A stretch of 64,000 bases of DNA, taken from IMG/VR virus record IMGVR_UViG_3300027969_000041, one strand, 5' to 3'. Made by a program: the position numbers and the translations under genes. Shown here piece by piece: positions 53,601 to 62,300 of this stretch. Numbering within the stretch: position 1 is the first letter of the stretch; the number at the start of each line of letters is the position of its first letter. The notes under the pieces were generated by a model that had not been told where the DNA came from, ran no database searches, and was given only the letters and a program-made list of their open reading frames with translations. This stretch comes from a virus (taxonomy: Duplodnaviria; Caudoviricetes).

Positions 53601-55881
53601 TTGCTGTATTTGCTAGCAATGCAAAAGTGGCAGTGTCTGCTAATAATGCATGAGTAGCTGTTTCAGCAGTTAGTGCATAAGTTGCCGTTGTTGCTAAAGA
53701 TGAATAAGTGGCCGTATTTGCCAGCAATGCAAAAGTAGCCGTATTTGCTAGTAATGCTAAAGTTGCTGTTCCGGCAGTTTGTGCGTATACAGCATCAGTA
53801 ACAAATTCTGCATAAGTTGCAGTAAATGCATATGTCGACGATGTGGCAAAACCGGCAGTCGTTGCAGTAAATGCATATGTTGACGATGTAGCAAAACCAG
53901 CAGTCGTTGCATAAGTCGCTGTATTTGCTAACAATGCTAATGTAGCTGTGTTTGCAAGTAGTGCTAATGTGGCTGTATCTGCAAGCAATGCACGAGTTGC
54001 CGTGTTTGCTGATAACGCATAAGTTGCTGTGTTTGCTAACAATGCCAATGTAGCAGTGTCGGCTAACAATGCACGAGTTGCTGTATTTGCAAATAATGCT
54101 GTAGTGGCTGTATCTGCAAGCAATGCACGAGTTGCTGTGGTAGCCAATAATGCTGTGGTAGCGGTATTTGCTAGTAATGCGTAAGTTGCTGTATCTGCAA
54201 GTAAAGCACGAGTTGCTGTATTTGCAAATAATGCTGTAGTGGCAGTAGTTGCATATCCTACAGTTAATGTACTAGCAGTAGTCCATTGAGGAACAGATGA
54301 AGTAGCGTTAAATGTTAATACACTGCCATTTGCGCCATTTGCTAAGAATGTTGTTCGTCCGACAGAAGTTTGATATACTATATTTCCTGCTAGACCGGCG
54401 GCTAAATGACTTGCAGTAGATGAAAACTCTACAGACCCTTGAGTTGCATATCCCCATTCTGCTGTATTAGACCCCAAGTTCCATAATAACACCTGGCCTT
54501 GAGAACTACCAGGAGTAATGAAAGTTGTAACGCCATTATTTGTTTGGATTGGAATTGATCCATTTTGTCCGCCAGTTAAATTCTGCGAACGAGAAATTGT
54601 ACCAATTAATATCTGTGTTAGAGTATTGTAAAATATATTTGATTGGCTGGCCAGTCTGCTATCGGAAGTTTGATAAACTAATCCATTGTTAGTAACTGTA
54701 CTGTAGAAAGATACATTGGTTGCGGTAACTGTGCCGCCTACTCTCAAATCTTTGCCAATACCAACGCCGCCAACAACAGTTAGTGCGCCTGTGTTTGTAG
54801 TCCCGTTGTTTGAGGTAGTATTTGCTACCTGAATTGCACCAGTCTTAAATTCTCCATAGACTGTATTAGAAATTACACCATCAAATTCAGTTGAATCACT
54901 AAAAAATTCTAACTTCTTAGAATTGTTAGATAATAGTAGCAATGCATTTTTGTCACTGCTATTGTAATAATTAAATCTAAAACCAATATCTTTGCCGTCA
55001 TCGGCAATCCAGGTACCGTCAATACCAGTTAGTGGCACATGTAAATCTATTAAATTATCTGTATAGATTGTATTTGTACTGTAAACGTAGGTTGTTGCAC
55101 CTTGAAAATACACATCATTCTTAAAGACTGCTGTTCCACTAACTGCCAGGCCACCGTATATTCCAACACCGCCTTCTACATATAACGCATTAGATTGTAA
55201 TGTTCCAGTATTTGATGCGGTGCTTAAAATAATAGCATTTCTAGCTACGCGAATGCCGCCTGCTATTTTGACTGCACCTGAACCTGCATAAGATGCAAGT
55301 GTGCCATCATCAAATGTTGATTGTCCTTGTACAGACAGTGTAGATAATAAACTAGCAGCACCAGTTAGTAATGAATTAACACCAACAGTTAAATTGTTGC
55401 CTACATATAAATTCTTAGCAACACCTATTCCGCCATTGACAACCAATGCTCCGGTGTTAGTTGATGTAGAATTAGTAGTATCTGTAAATTGTGCAGATGC
55501 TGTAACTAACTTAACTGAGCTTATTGTACTAGAAAATAATACAGTAGTACCAGTTGATGATAATACAACATTACCAATGTATAAAGAACTACCGCTTAAA
55601 TATAAATCGCTAAATGGGTTAGATGCTGAGCCAAGACTTAGACCGGATGTTATAGGAACTAACGGTCCACCTAAATTTGTTTGTCCAGTTACAGTTAGAG
55701 AGTTTTGTAGAAGCGTATTTCCAAAAATAGTTGCAGTTGTTCCTACAATTAAATTCTTAGCAATAGCAACTCCGCCTGCAACTTGTAAGGCGTCTGTTTG
55801 ATTTGTAGCACTGGTAACGGCACTATCGCCCTCGATAATTACACCGTTCTTGACTACAAAATCTCTATTAATCGCCACCAT
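50683..55881 (-). CDS. Long tail fibre-like protein (1732 aa) with 9-residue repeat shaft
   Basis: Repeated GALxVxGGVG modules and xALLANTAT nonamers. Confidence 0.85.
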   Translation of the reverse strand: MVAINRDFVVKNGVIIEGDSAVTSATNQTDALQVAGGVAIAKNLIVGTTATIFGNTLLQNSLTVTGQTNLGGPLVPITSGLSLGSASNPFSDLYLSGSSLYIGNVVLSSTGTTVLFSSTISSVKLVTASAQFTDTTNSTSTNTGALVVNGGIGVAKNLYVGNNLTVGVNSLLTGAASLLSTLSVQGQSTFDDGTLASYAGSGAVKIAGGIRVARNAIILSTASNTGTLQSNALYVEGGVGIYGGLAVSGTAVFKNDVYFQGATTYVYSTNTIYTDNLIDLHVPLTGIDGTWIADDGKDIGFRFNYYNSSDKNALLLLSNNSKKLEFFSDSTEFDGVISNTVYGEFKTGAIQVANTTSNNGTTNTGALTVVGGVGIGKDLRVGGTVTATNVSFYSTVTNNGLVYQTSDSRLASQSNIFYNTLTQILIGTISRSQNLTGGQNGSIPIQTNNGVTTFITPGSSQGQVLLWNLGSNTAEWGYATQGSVEFSSTASHLAAGLAGNIVYQTSVGRTTFLANGANGSVLTFNATSSVPQWTTASTLTVGYATTATTALFANTATRALLADTATYALLANTATTALLATTATRALLADTATTALFANTATRALLADTATLALLANTATYALSANTATRALLADTATLALLANTATLALLANTATYATTAGFATSSTYAFTATTAGFATSSTYAFTATYAEFVTDAVYAQTAGTATLALLANTATFALLANTATYSSLATTATYALTAETATHALLADTATFALLANTATYALTAETATHALLADTATFALLATTATYALNGGTSTFALLANTATYALTAETATHALLADTATFALLANTATFALLANTATIALLANTATYALTAETATLALLANTATIALLANTATLALLANTATNIAGGLGGSVPYQTTSGVTTFLGIGTSTYILTSNGLTPEWTSLGNLSSGNTSFADNVKGGTAGQVVYQVTTSSTGFAGPGTAGQILTSNGTSGPQYTNTTSIRVGYADTAAAALLATTATLALTASTATYATNVLGGSTGSLVYQSATDTTALLAGGSTNSVLTYVNNAPIWSTTSTLSGGVASSGTVTSQTLKISSGGLGVTGDSYFANYLGIGGSINVANTSYVNGSKILTAGDLETVTFTATYITNDPTSQTGLSTIAGTSTSYGTYNFGTVNDVSTINDYNTGTNTGFYSINDATGAPAYVVYIGFSNVTDFTRLVLNINYTASSGHTVEIDLYNYATLTWDTLTTYSGSTNWFQFILSVIDSAPYLSGGKVTARIYHVSSGNTAHRTWIDYAALENSVQGGQGPRGATGATGATGAQGLTTTTTSTFIFTNSTDSSSTITGAVTVVGGVGIGKTLNVGSSATILSTVASTSTVQNNALYVAGGVGIGSSLFVNGPAVFQNNVIFSGTTTYILSTNTVYTDNITELHYSPEWFGNDGKDIGFRFHYYDTADRNSFLGRDNATGYLEWLSHAGPDNDINITGTNGTFRLGSIILVDTTASSSTITGVLQVAGGVGIGGAVYIGQTSYVSGAQIITTATVNQYASQTTVFAGTDTAVNTSTGVITIWNTSTLQTVTGRGATTNAAISITNATAAISTNSGALQVTGGVGIGGALYVLNTSYVAGAQIITTATVNQFVTQATQTTIFAGTDTAVNTSTGAVTVSNTSTLQTVTTRGATTNNSIGITNTTASTSTNTGALTVTGGVGVKDSVYVGNRVGFGTSTGTSAVYQFYNAATNSLDTVFG
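53222..54260 (-). repeat. In-frame 27-nt-period tandem repeat (about 38 xALLA[N/D]TAT units)
   Basis: Three identical 69-nt copies at 53401, 53536, 53617. Confidence 0.9.
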
Positions 55882-55895
55882 TTAATTCTCTCCAG

Positions 55896-56981
55896 TTATA
55901 CAGACATAGCTGTTCTTAGTACTTTAACAGTTTTAGGAGTAGCATCACTGGCAATAAATTTCAGCGAAACTACAAAATCTCCTCCAGTATTTTGAAAATC
56001 TGCATCAAAATCTCCTAGATCTCCATCTGGGAATATGTTAGCATATTCTGTAATACTTACGGTTCCTGCGTTAGTTACTAATAACAAAAGTTCAGTTACC
56101 TGACAACGAGAGTTTATAATATCTCCTTCATCAATTTGTATCATATATTTTGCTGATCTAAATTGTTTGAATGAGAATGTATCGATAACTGTCGGTGCTG
56201 TACTATTTACCATGACTGAAGATGAATCAAAAATGGCATCTGAAATTTTAACACTTTCGGCGTTTACTCGGCCTCCTACTCCAACACCACCTGTAACTAC
56301 TAATGCACCAGTTGTGGTGCTAGTAGAAGAAGAAGTATTTGTAATGCGGAGTGTTCCAGTAATAGTACCACCGTTATAGTTAGTCACTGGGGTAGCCCAA
56401 ACAACTCCTGTAGCAGTAGTTGTTAGAACTTGTCCTGTTGTGCCGGTAGACCCTGCTGCATATAAGTATCCACCTAATGCTAAATTGCCGCCTAGGCCTA
56501 GGCCGCCTTTGACTACAACTGCACCTGTTACGGTAGAAATAGAGTTTGTTGTATTAAAGAATGAAACTCGATTTGTTGTAGTAGATCCACGGCCTGTTAC
56601 AGATTGTAAAGTAGATGTATTGGAAATAATTACTGCACCTGAACCCGGTTCAATGAATGCACTAATATCAGGGCCTTCAACAATGCCATCTGCAAAAGTT
56701 GCTGTTGTTAAGACATAATGGCCTTTAGCATATAAGTCGCCACCTAACCATAAGTCGCCACCAATACCAACACCACCAAACACTACTAGAGATCCAGTAA
56801 TAGTTGAAGTAGCATTTGTAGCTGATGAAATAATAACGCTGGTCGCTGTCAACGTACCAAACGTTGTACTCGGGTTTGGTGCTTTAATCCAAGCGTATCC
56901 TGTCCACTGATATATAATACCACCTACAGTATATCGATCGCCCGGATTAGGATTTGTGGGGAAATTTAATGAAGTTGCCAT
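55896..56981 (-). CDS. Virion structural/fibre-related protein
   Basis: FPTNPNPGDRY...YQW N-terminus, GGVG modules, C-terminal FRSAKYMIQI domain. Confidence 0.7.
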   Translation of the reverse strand: MATSLNFPTNPNPGDRYTVGGIIYQWTGYAWIKAPNPSTTFGTLTATSVIISSATNATSTITGSLVVFGGVGIGGDLWLGGDLYAKGHYVLTTATFADGIVEGPDISAFIEPGSGAVIISNTSTLQSVTGRGSTTTNRVSFFNTTNSISTVTGAVVVKGGLGLGGNLALGGYLYAAGSTGTTGQVLTTTATGVVWATPVTNYNGGTITGTLRITNTSSSTSTTTGALVVTGGVGVGGRVNAESVKISDAIFDSSSVMVNSTAPTVIDTFSFKQFRSAKYMIQIDEGDIINSRCQVTELLLLVTNAGTVSITEYANIFPDGDLGDFDADFQNTGGDFVVSLKFIASDATPKTVKVLRTAMSV

Positions 56982-56997
56982 AGTTGTAATCTTTTAA

Positions 56998-58896
56998 TTA
57001 TATACCTGTAAGTTGTAGCCAAATTCTATTGGTACCATCTTTTATCCACTGTAGCACTACGCCATTTACAGTATCAACCCAGGTATCACCTATTCTAGGA
57101 TTTGCAGGAGGTGTATCACTTACGGTCACACGAGGTGAATATAGTAAATTTCCTTCATCTGGATTTCCACTTGCACTATAAATATTTCCTGGAACATTTA
57201 ATAAGTTTGTACCGGATGAATAATAAGAACTTGTAGATGTCGCAGATGTGACATAGTTTAATTTTGCGTTACTGTATTCTGGAGAATAAGAACCTATTAT
57301 GTCTGTTAATCCTAGATAATATACATGACTTGCAGTGGTCTGATTGACAAAAATAGCGTTACTAGCAGTAGATGCTCCACCACCTAAAGCCAATCCGCCA
57401 ATATCTCCCCAATATGGAACATCTCCGTTTGATAATAAAACAGTATTTGTGCTGCCTATTGGTAAAAGTAAAGTAGTACTAGTTCCTGTTTGGTACGGAA
57501 CACTACCCCTTGCACCACCTCTAATATTTGTTGCAGTATTAATTGCGCCATTGATGTTTCCTAATACTGTTAAGTCTTGCCCAACGAATACATCTTTTCC
57601 AAATGCTGCTCCGCCGGCAACTACTACTGCGCCTGTTGTAGTACTTGTAGAAGTTACTGTTGACTCAACACATATATTATCTTCTACATGAACTCCACCT
57701 ATAACCCATAATGCCGCAGTGCTGGTTCCGCACGGTGTTCCTAATCCAACTTCAACATCAGCCATTAATTCTAAATTACCTAGACCGTTGTAATAAAATA
57801 CGCTGCCAATATTAACTTGATTGTCTACGCCATCTACAATGTTATCACCACCTATAGCAATAATTCCACTGGCATTTGTAATATTTTGACCAACTTCGTG
57901 ACCAATAAAGAAATTGTAAGAACCAGTTGTTAAATTTGCAGCAACACCGTCACCGAATAAAAAGTTTTGTTTGCCGTCGATGAGTTTTGAACCTGCATTA
58001 GTACCAATAGCAATGTTATTGTCTCTTTCTAATAATCTAGAAACAGTACCGCTAGAAATATAAGTTGAAAAACCGGTCCCGTCAACTGGAATACTAACGT
58101 TAATATTTGAATATAATTCTATTTGAAATGTAGATATAGGTTTTGCATAGCATCTAAGTTGATTAATCTCAGTCATGCCTGTTACACCAGTTATGATAAT
58201 ATGTGTACCAGTTGTGACACCGTGATCTACTGCTTCTATAATAATAGGATTAGTCTTTGAAATTGCTGCAATTAGTGCAATAGGAACATACTGAATAGAT
58301 CCAGTTGCCTTAAGAGCACTGTCACCTATTGCAATAGTGTTTCTAATTTCAGTACCAGAATTTAATGCAAAACGCCCTAGTGCAATACTCTTATAAGAAG
58401 TTGATAAACCTAATAAAGAATCATTACCGATTGCAATGCTTGCTTGTCCTTCACTGTAGGTATTAACTTGAGGAACTGCTGTACCACGAACAACAATATT
58501 GTTAACGCCTTCGTAACCTTGTCCAATAGTTAAACCATTAACAACAATGTCATCATAAATGTTCATTGCGCCGCCAACACCTACACCCCCTTTAACTACA
58601 AGAGCGCCAGTCGTTGTGCTTGTGGATGCAGTACTACTAGTAACATAAACAAAACCAGTTCCAGTTCCTGCAAGTCTAATCATGCCGTCTGGAAGATTAC
58701 TATAAACAGTTCCAGAATTTATTTCTAAATTACCTAAACTAGAACGATACGATGTTCTTAACAGCGCATCAGTAACAACAGTATAACCTGTGCTAGTTGT
58801 AGGTGATTCTGGCAGCTGTGGTTGTGCAGTTGCTAGAGTAATAAACTCATTGCTACCTCCAGCACGTAATGTTGATCCACTTAATAGTTTAGACAT
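56998..58896 (-). CDS. Virion structural/fibre-related protein
   Basis: NIAIG/YadA-head-like repeats, GGVG modules, PPANPRIGDTWVD C-terminus. Confidence 0.7.
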   Translation of the reverse strand: MSKLLSGSTLRAGGSNEFITLATAQPQLPESPTTSTGYTVVTDALLRTSYRSSLGNLEINSGTVYSNLPDGMIRLAGTGTGFVYVTSSTASTSTTTGALVVKGGVGVGGAMNIYDDIVVNGLTIGQGYEGVNNIVVRGTAVPQVNTYSEGQASIAIGNDSLLGLSTSYKSIALGRFALNSGTEIRNTIAIGDSALKATGSIQYVPIALIAAISKTNPIIIEAVDHGVTTGTHIIITGVTGMTEINQLRCYAKPISTFQIELYSNINVSIPVDGTGFSTYISSGTVSRLLERDNNIAIGTNAGSKLIDGKQNFLFGDGVAANLTTGSYNFFIGHEVGQNITNASGIIAIGGDNIVDGVDNQVNIGSVFYYNGLGNLELMADVEVGLGTPCGTSTAALWVIGGVHVEDNICVESTVTSTSTTTGAVVVAGGAAFGKDVFVGQDLTVLGNINGAINTATNIRGGARGSVPYQTGTSTTLLLPIGSTNTVLLSNGDVPYWGDIGGLALGGGASTASNAIFVNQTTASHVYYLGLTDIIGSYSPEYSNAKLNYVTSATSTSSYYSSGTNLLNVPGNIYSASGNPDEGNLLYSPRVTVSDTPPANPRIGDTWVDTVNGVVLQWIKDGTNRIWLQLTGI

Positions 58897-58910
58897 TGTT
58901 TCTCTCTGTA

Positions 58911-59291
58911 TTATTCGTTAGCAGTTTCTAAAATACTTAGTGTTAACTGTAATGTACTCGTAGTTGAACTATAAGCTCGTATACTATCAAAACTTTCAAT
59001 AATTAACTTTCCTGTTAGTATACTTGCGGCATCACTGGCCGGTACTGCAAAATTTCTAACTAGGTAAGAAGTACCAGTTGATTGCCCTCCATTACCTTGA
59101 GCATCAGCTAACACAGGCCGATTTCTTGAATGAACAAAAGTCACTATTTGAGTTTGTGTGCTTATGTTAGCTACTTGTGCCATTAGCACAATTGAAGTTA
59201 CACCAACTGGAGCAACATATACATTAGTACTGGGACTATTACCGAGTAATGCAGTTTTAGTTTTGAATGTGTTTAATGGAATTAATGCCAT
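58911..59291 (-). CDS. Small virion structural protein
   Basis: YVAPVGVTSIVLMAQVANI...GKLIIE beta-sandwich pattern. Confidence 0.65.
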   Translation of the reverse strand: MALIPLNTFKTKTALLGNSPSTNVYVAPVGVTSIVLMAQVANISTQTQIVTFVHSRNRPVLADAQGNGGQSTGTSYLVRNFAVPASDAASILTGKLIIESFDSIRAYSSTTSTLQLTLSILETANE

Positions 59292-59301
59292 AATCTTTCC
59301 T

Positions 59302-62300
59302 TTATAGGTTTCCGCCTTCGATGGCTAAGATGAACGGTGTCATGTTAGCAAATAACGATTTAGTAAATGTTCTACCACTTAGAACACCTGTTGCTTGACT
59401 GATAACTAGGCCCGGACCAATACGGAAATCACCGTTCTGATCAGTGCTTGTAAAGAATACTTTACCACTGCCTAATTGAACAGTCTCTTTTCCTTGTACG
59501 GGATCAGCAATACCAAACTGTGGTAATGCTCCGTAATTGGTACCTGCTCCAACATACTCAAATACATAACCCGACGCACTAATATAACTGCGTTGATAAA
59601 AATTAATTTCTGAACCATCTGGAAACAAATCATTACGTCTTACATTTTCACCCAATGAAACAATGTGATGTGTACCACTACGAGACCAATAACTTAACCC
59701 AGTCATAACAGAATTGTATCTTCCACCTGTTTCAATATCATATATTAAACGTTGTAGAATAATCTTAACATCTCGTTTACATTTATTTTCATCATATACA
59801 AATCCAGGATTTGTAGATTTAACATAACAATTTATTTCATCGATGATAAAATCAGTGTTATGTTCAAGTAAAGCAATTGCAGAACCACCTCCCTGAACAT
59901 CAGGCCCTGTTCTAGTTCTTATCTTCTCAGGAATAATTGCTTCAGCTTGGGTAACAGTTGCAGTACTTACAATACTGATAATTTCACCAAATCTTAAATT
60001 AATAAATGTTTGTGCGGCAGCACCACCGGTTACTAAATTATCAATAAGTTGATGTGTAGTCACTCCTGTACTTGTTGTCACAACAGTGTTAGAAATAATC
60101 TGATTAACAACAGTGTTCATTCTTGTCAATGCGGTTACGTGTTGCGCTACTTGATCAGTTCCGCCTGTAGCGGCAGCAGACAATAAATTAACACCGTTTG
60201 TTTTTGGATTTTCTGCAACTTCACTGCTTAAAACTGTATAATAAGCATTTCCACAGAAATATAAGTTAAAGAAATTATCATTTCCTACTTCGCCACCACC
60301 GCTGGTTAATGCATAATTTAATGTAACGCTTCTATACCCTAAATCACTAACAATTGTACCTGTGGCGGCATATAGCAATCCGTTAGTACCAGTTTGACTT
60401 CCGTATTGATCTCTAACATACAATGCATTACCAATTGCAATACCATCGGTATTAATATTAGAAATTGTAATAGAGCCGGTGGTTAAACTTGATAAACTTG
60501 GTACAGCATTTAAGAATCCAGGGAATGCTTGTTCATTAAGGTGGCCTGTCGGAGGCAATACCTCCATGACTAAAGAAATATGCGGTCTGTCATTTAGATC
60601 AGGAATGAATGCTTCTACTCTTGCATTGTTTGGCCAGTAACCATTTGGATAGTATTGGTCTAAATCTGTGCCTTTAGGGTATGCTTTGTATGCGGGGTTA
60701 TATATAGTTCCGGTAAATTTACGGGTTCCGTAACCTTTAGCTACTAAGCATAGATCACCGAAGTTAGCGTTACTATTAACAATAGAAGCGATACCACCAT
60801 TGTCAACTTGAACACCTACACTTGAGAAAATTGTAAACACCGAAACTAACTGTGCATATCCATCATTGGTAATTCTAACACCGCGTCCGCCTTGTGTCAA
60901 TTGTGTAAACGCATCATAAACAAAAGAGTTAATAGGACTGCGTGTACTAATAACAGCACCGTCAACTAAACTTCCACCCATACCACCTATTGGATCAACT
61001 CTTCGTTGCGCCCATTGGTCTGGAACATCTTTATCTTGTTTAGGGAACACTAATGTGTCACCAAAATACAATGTTGAATTTGTTCCAAATCCTATAGTTG
61101 CGGTATTCAGCCCGATCAAATAAGTGCCAGTTGATATGTTAGTTACAGATGTAACTTTTGGAGATAGCTTAACGTCAAGACCATTAATTCCAGTTAACGC
61201 ATATAATCCGCCACCTTGATATACCGGTGGAGCATATTCTTTACCGCGTGTAATAATATCAGAAATAATATGGAAGTTACGAGCAACAGCTTGTTGTGGC
61301 ATATAATCTCCACCATACTGGAAGAATGTATTAATTACCTGCGTTGACTGTGTTCCTGTTTGTGGAGTAATTGGAGTGTTTGCAATAATCTGTAAGGCAA
61401 TATCTTTAATATAAGTAATTGCCATTGTAGTAGTTGTCTCTTGTCCTGCTACATAGTTATATCCTTGATTCCAATACGCAACGCCTGCTTCAACAGATTT
61501 ACTATTTCCACCTAATAAAATATCCTGGCTTACTGCATCAATTAACAGGCCGGTATCTCGATAACATAGTTCCTCGTCGTATTTGAAAGAATTAGGATTA
61601 TACTTATTATCAATGTATGCAACTACTTCAGCTTGTAAGAATGATTTATTTGCTATTAAATTATTAAAAGCTGTTAATACAGTTGTGCTTGATGAAGCAG
61701 TTAGCCCAATTGGACTATACAAATATCCAACTGGGCCATTAGATATAATATTAGTAACTGTGGATATTGCTTTAGAAATTAAAGTCGATTCACTTGCTGT
61801 TGCAGTAGTGGCTCCAAATACTTGGTCAATCTTAGTTTGCAACGGAGTAACCGCAATGTTTTGTATTACATTTCCTGCTATTGTTGCTAGATATTGAAAT
61901 GCATCTGTAGTTTCAGCCTCTTCATTTTCAATTGTAATCTGTGTAGTGTTTGCAGCATAGTATGCAAGGCCAGATTGTACAGCTTGTCTGTTTCCTCCAT
62001 GCAATAAATCAAACGATACAGAGTCAATCATATAACCAATATCACGTTTACATTTAACAGGATCATAATGTCCAACAAATGTAGGATACGTTTGATCAAT
62101 GTAGGCTACTACTTCATTTTTCATATACGTTTTATTAGCCTGTAATAGATCTACAGCATTTTCTACACTGAATAAATTTGATTTATTTCCGTTAGTAATA
62201 ATCTTATCGGACCATCCTAGACTATTGCCACCTAATATATCAAGAATAATATTAAATTCATTGGCAATGATTAAGGCTTCATCTGCGGTTGCTGCTTCTA

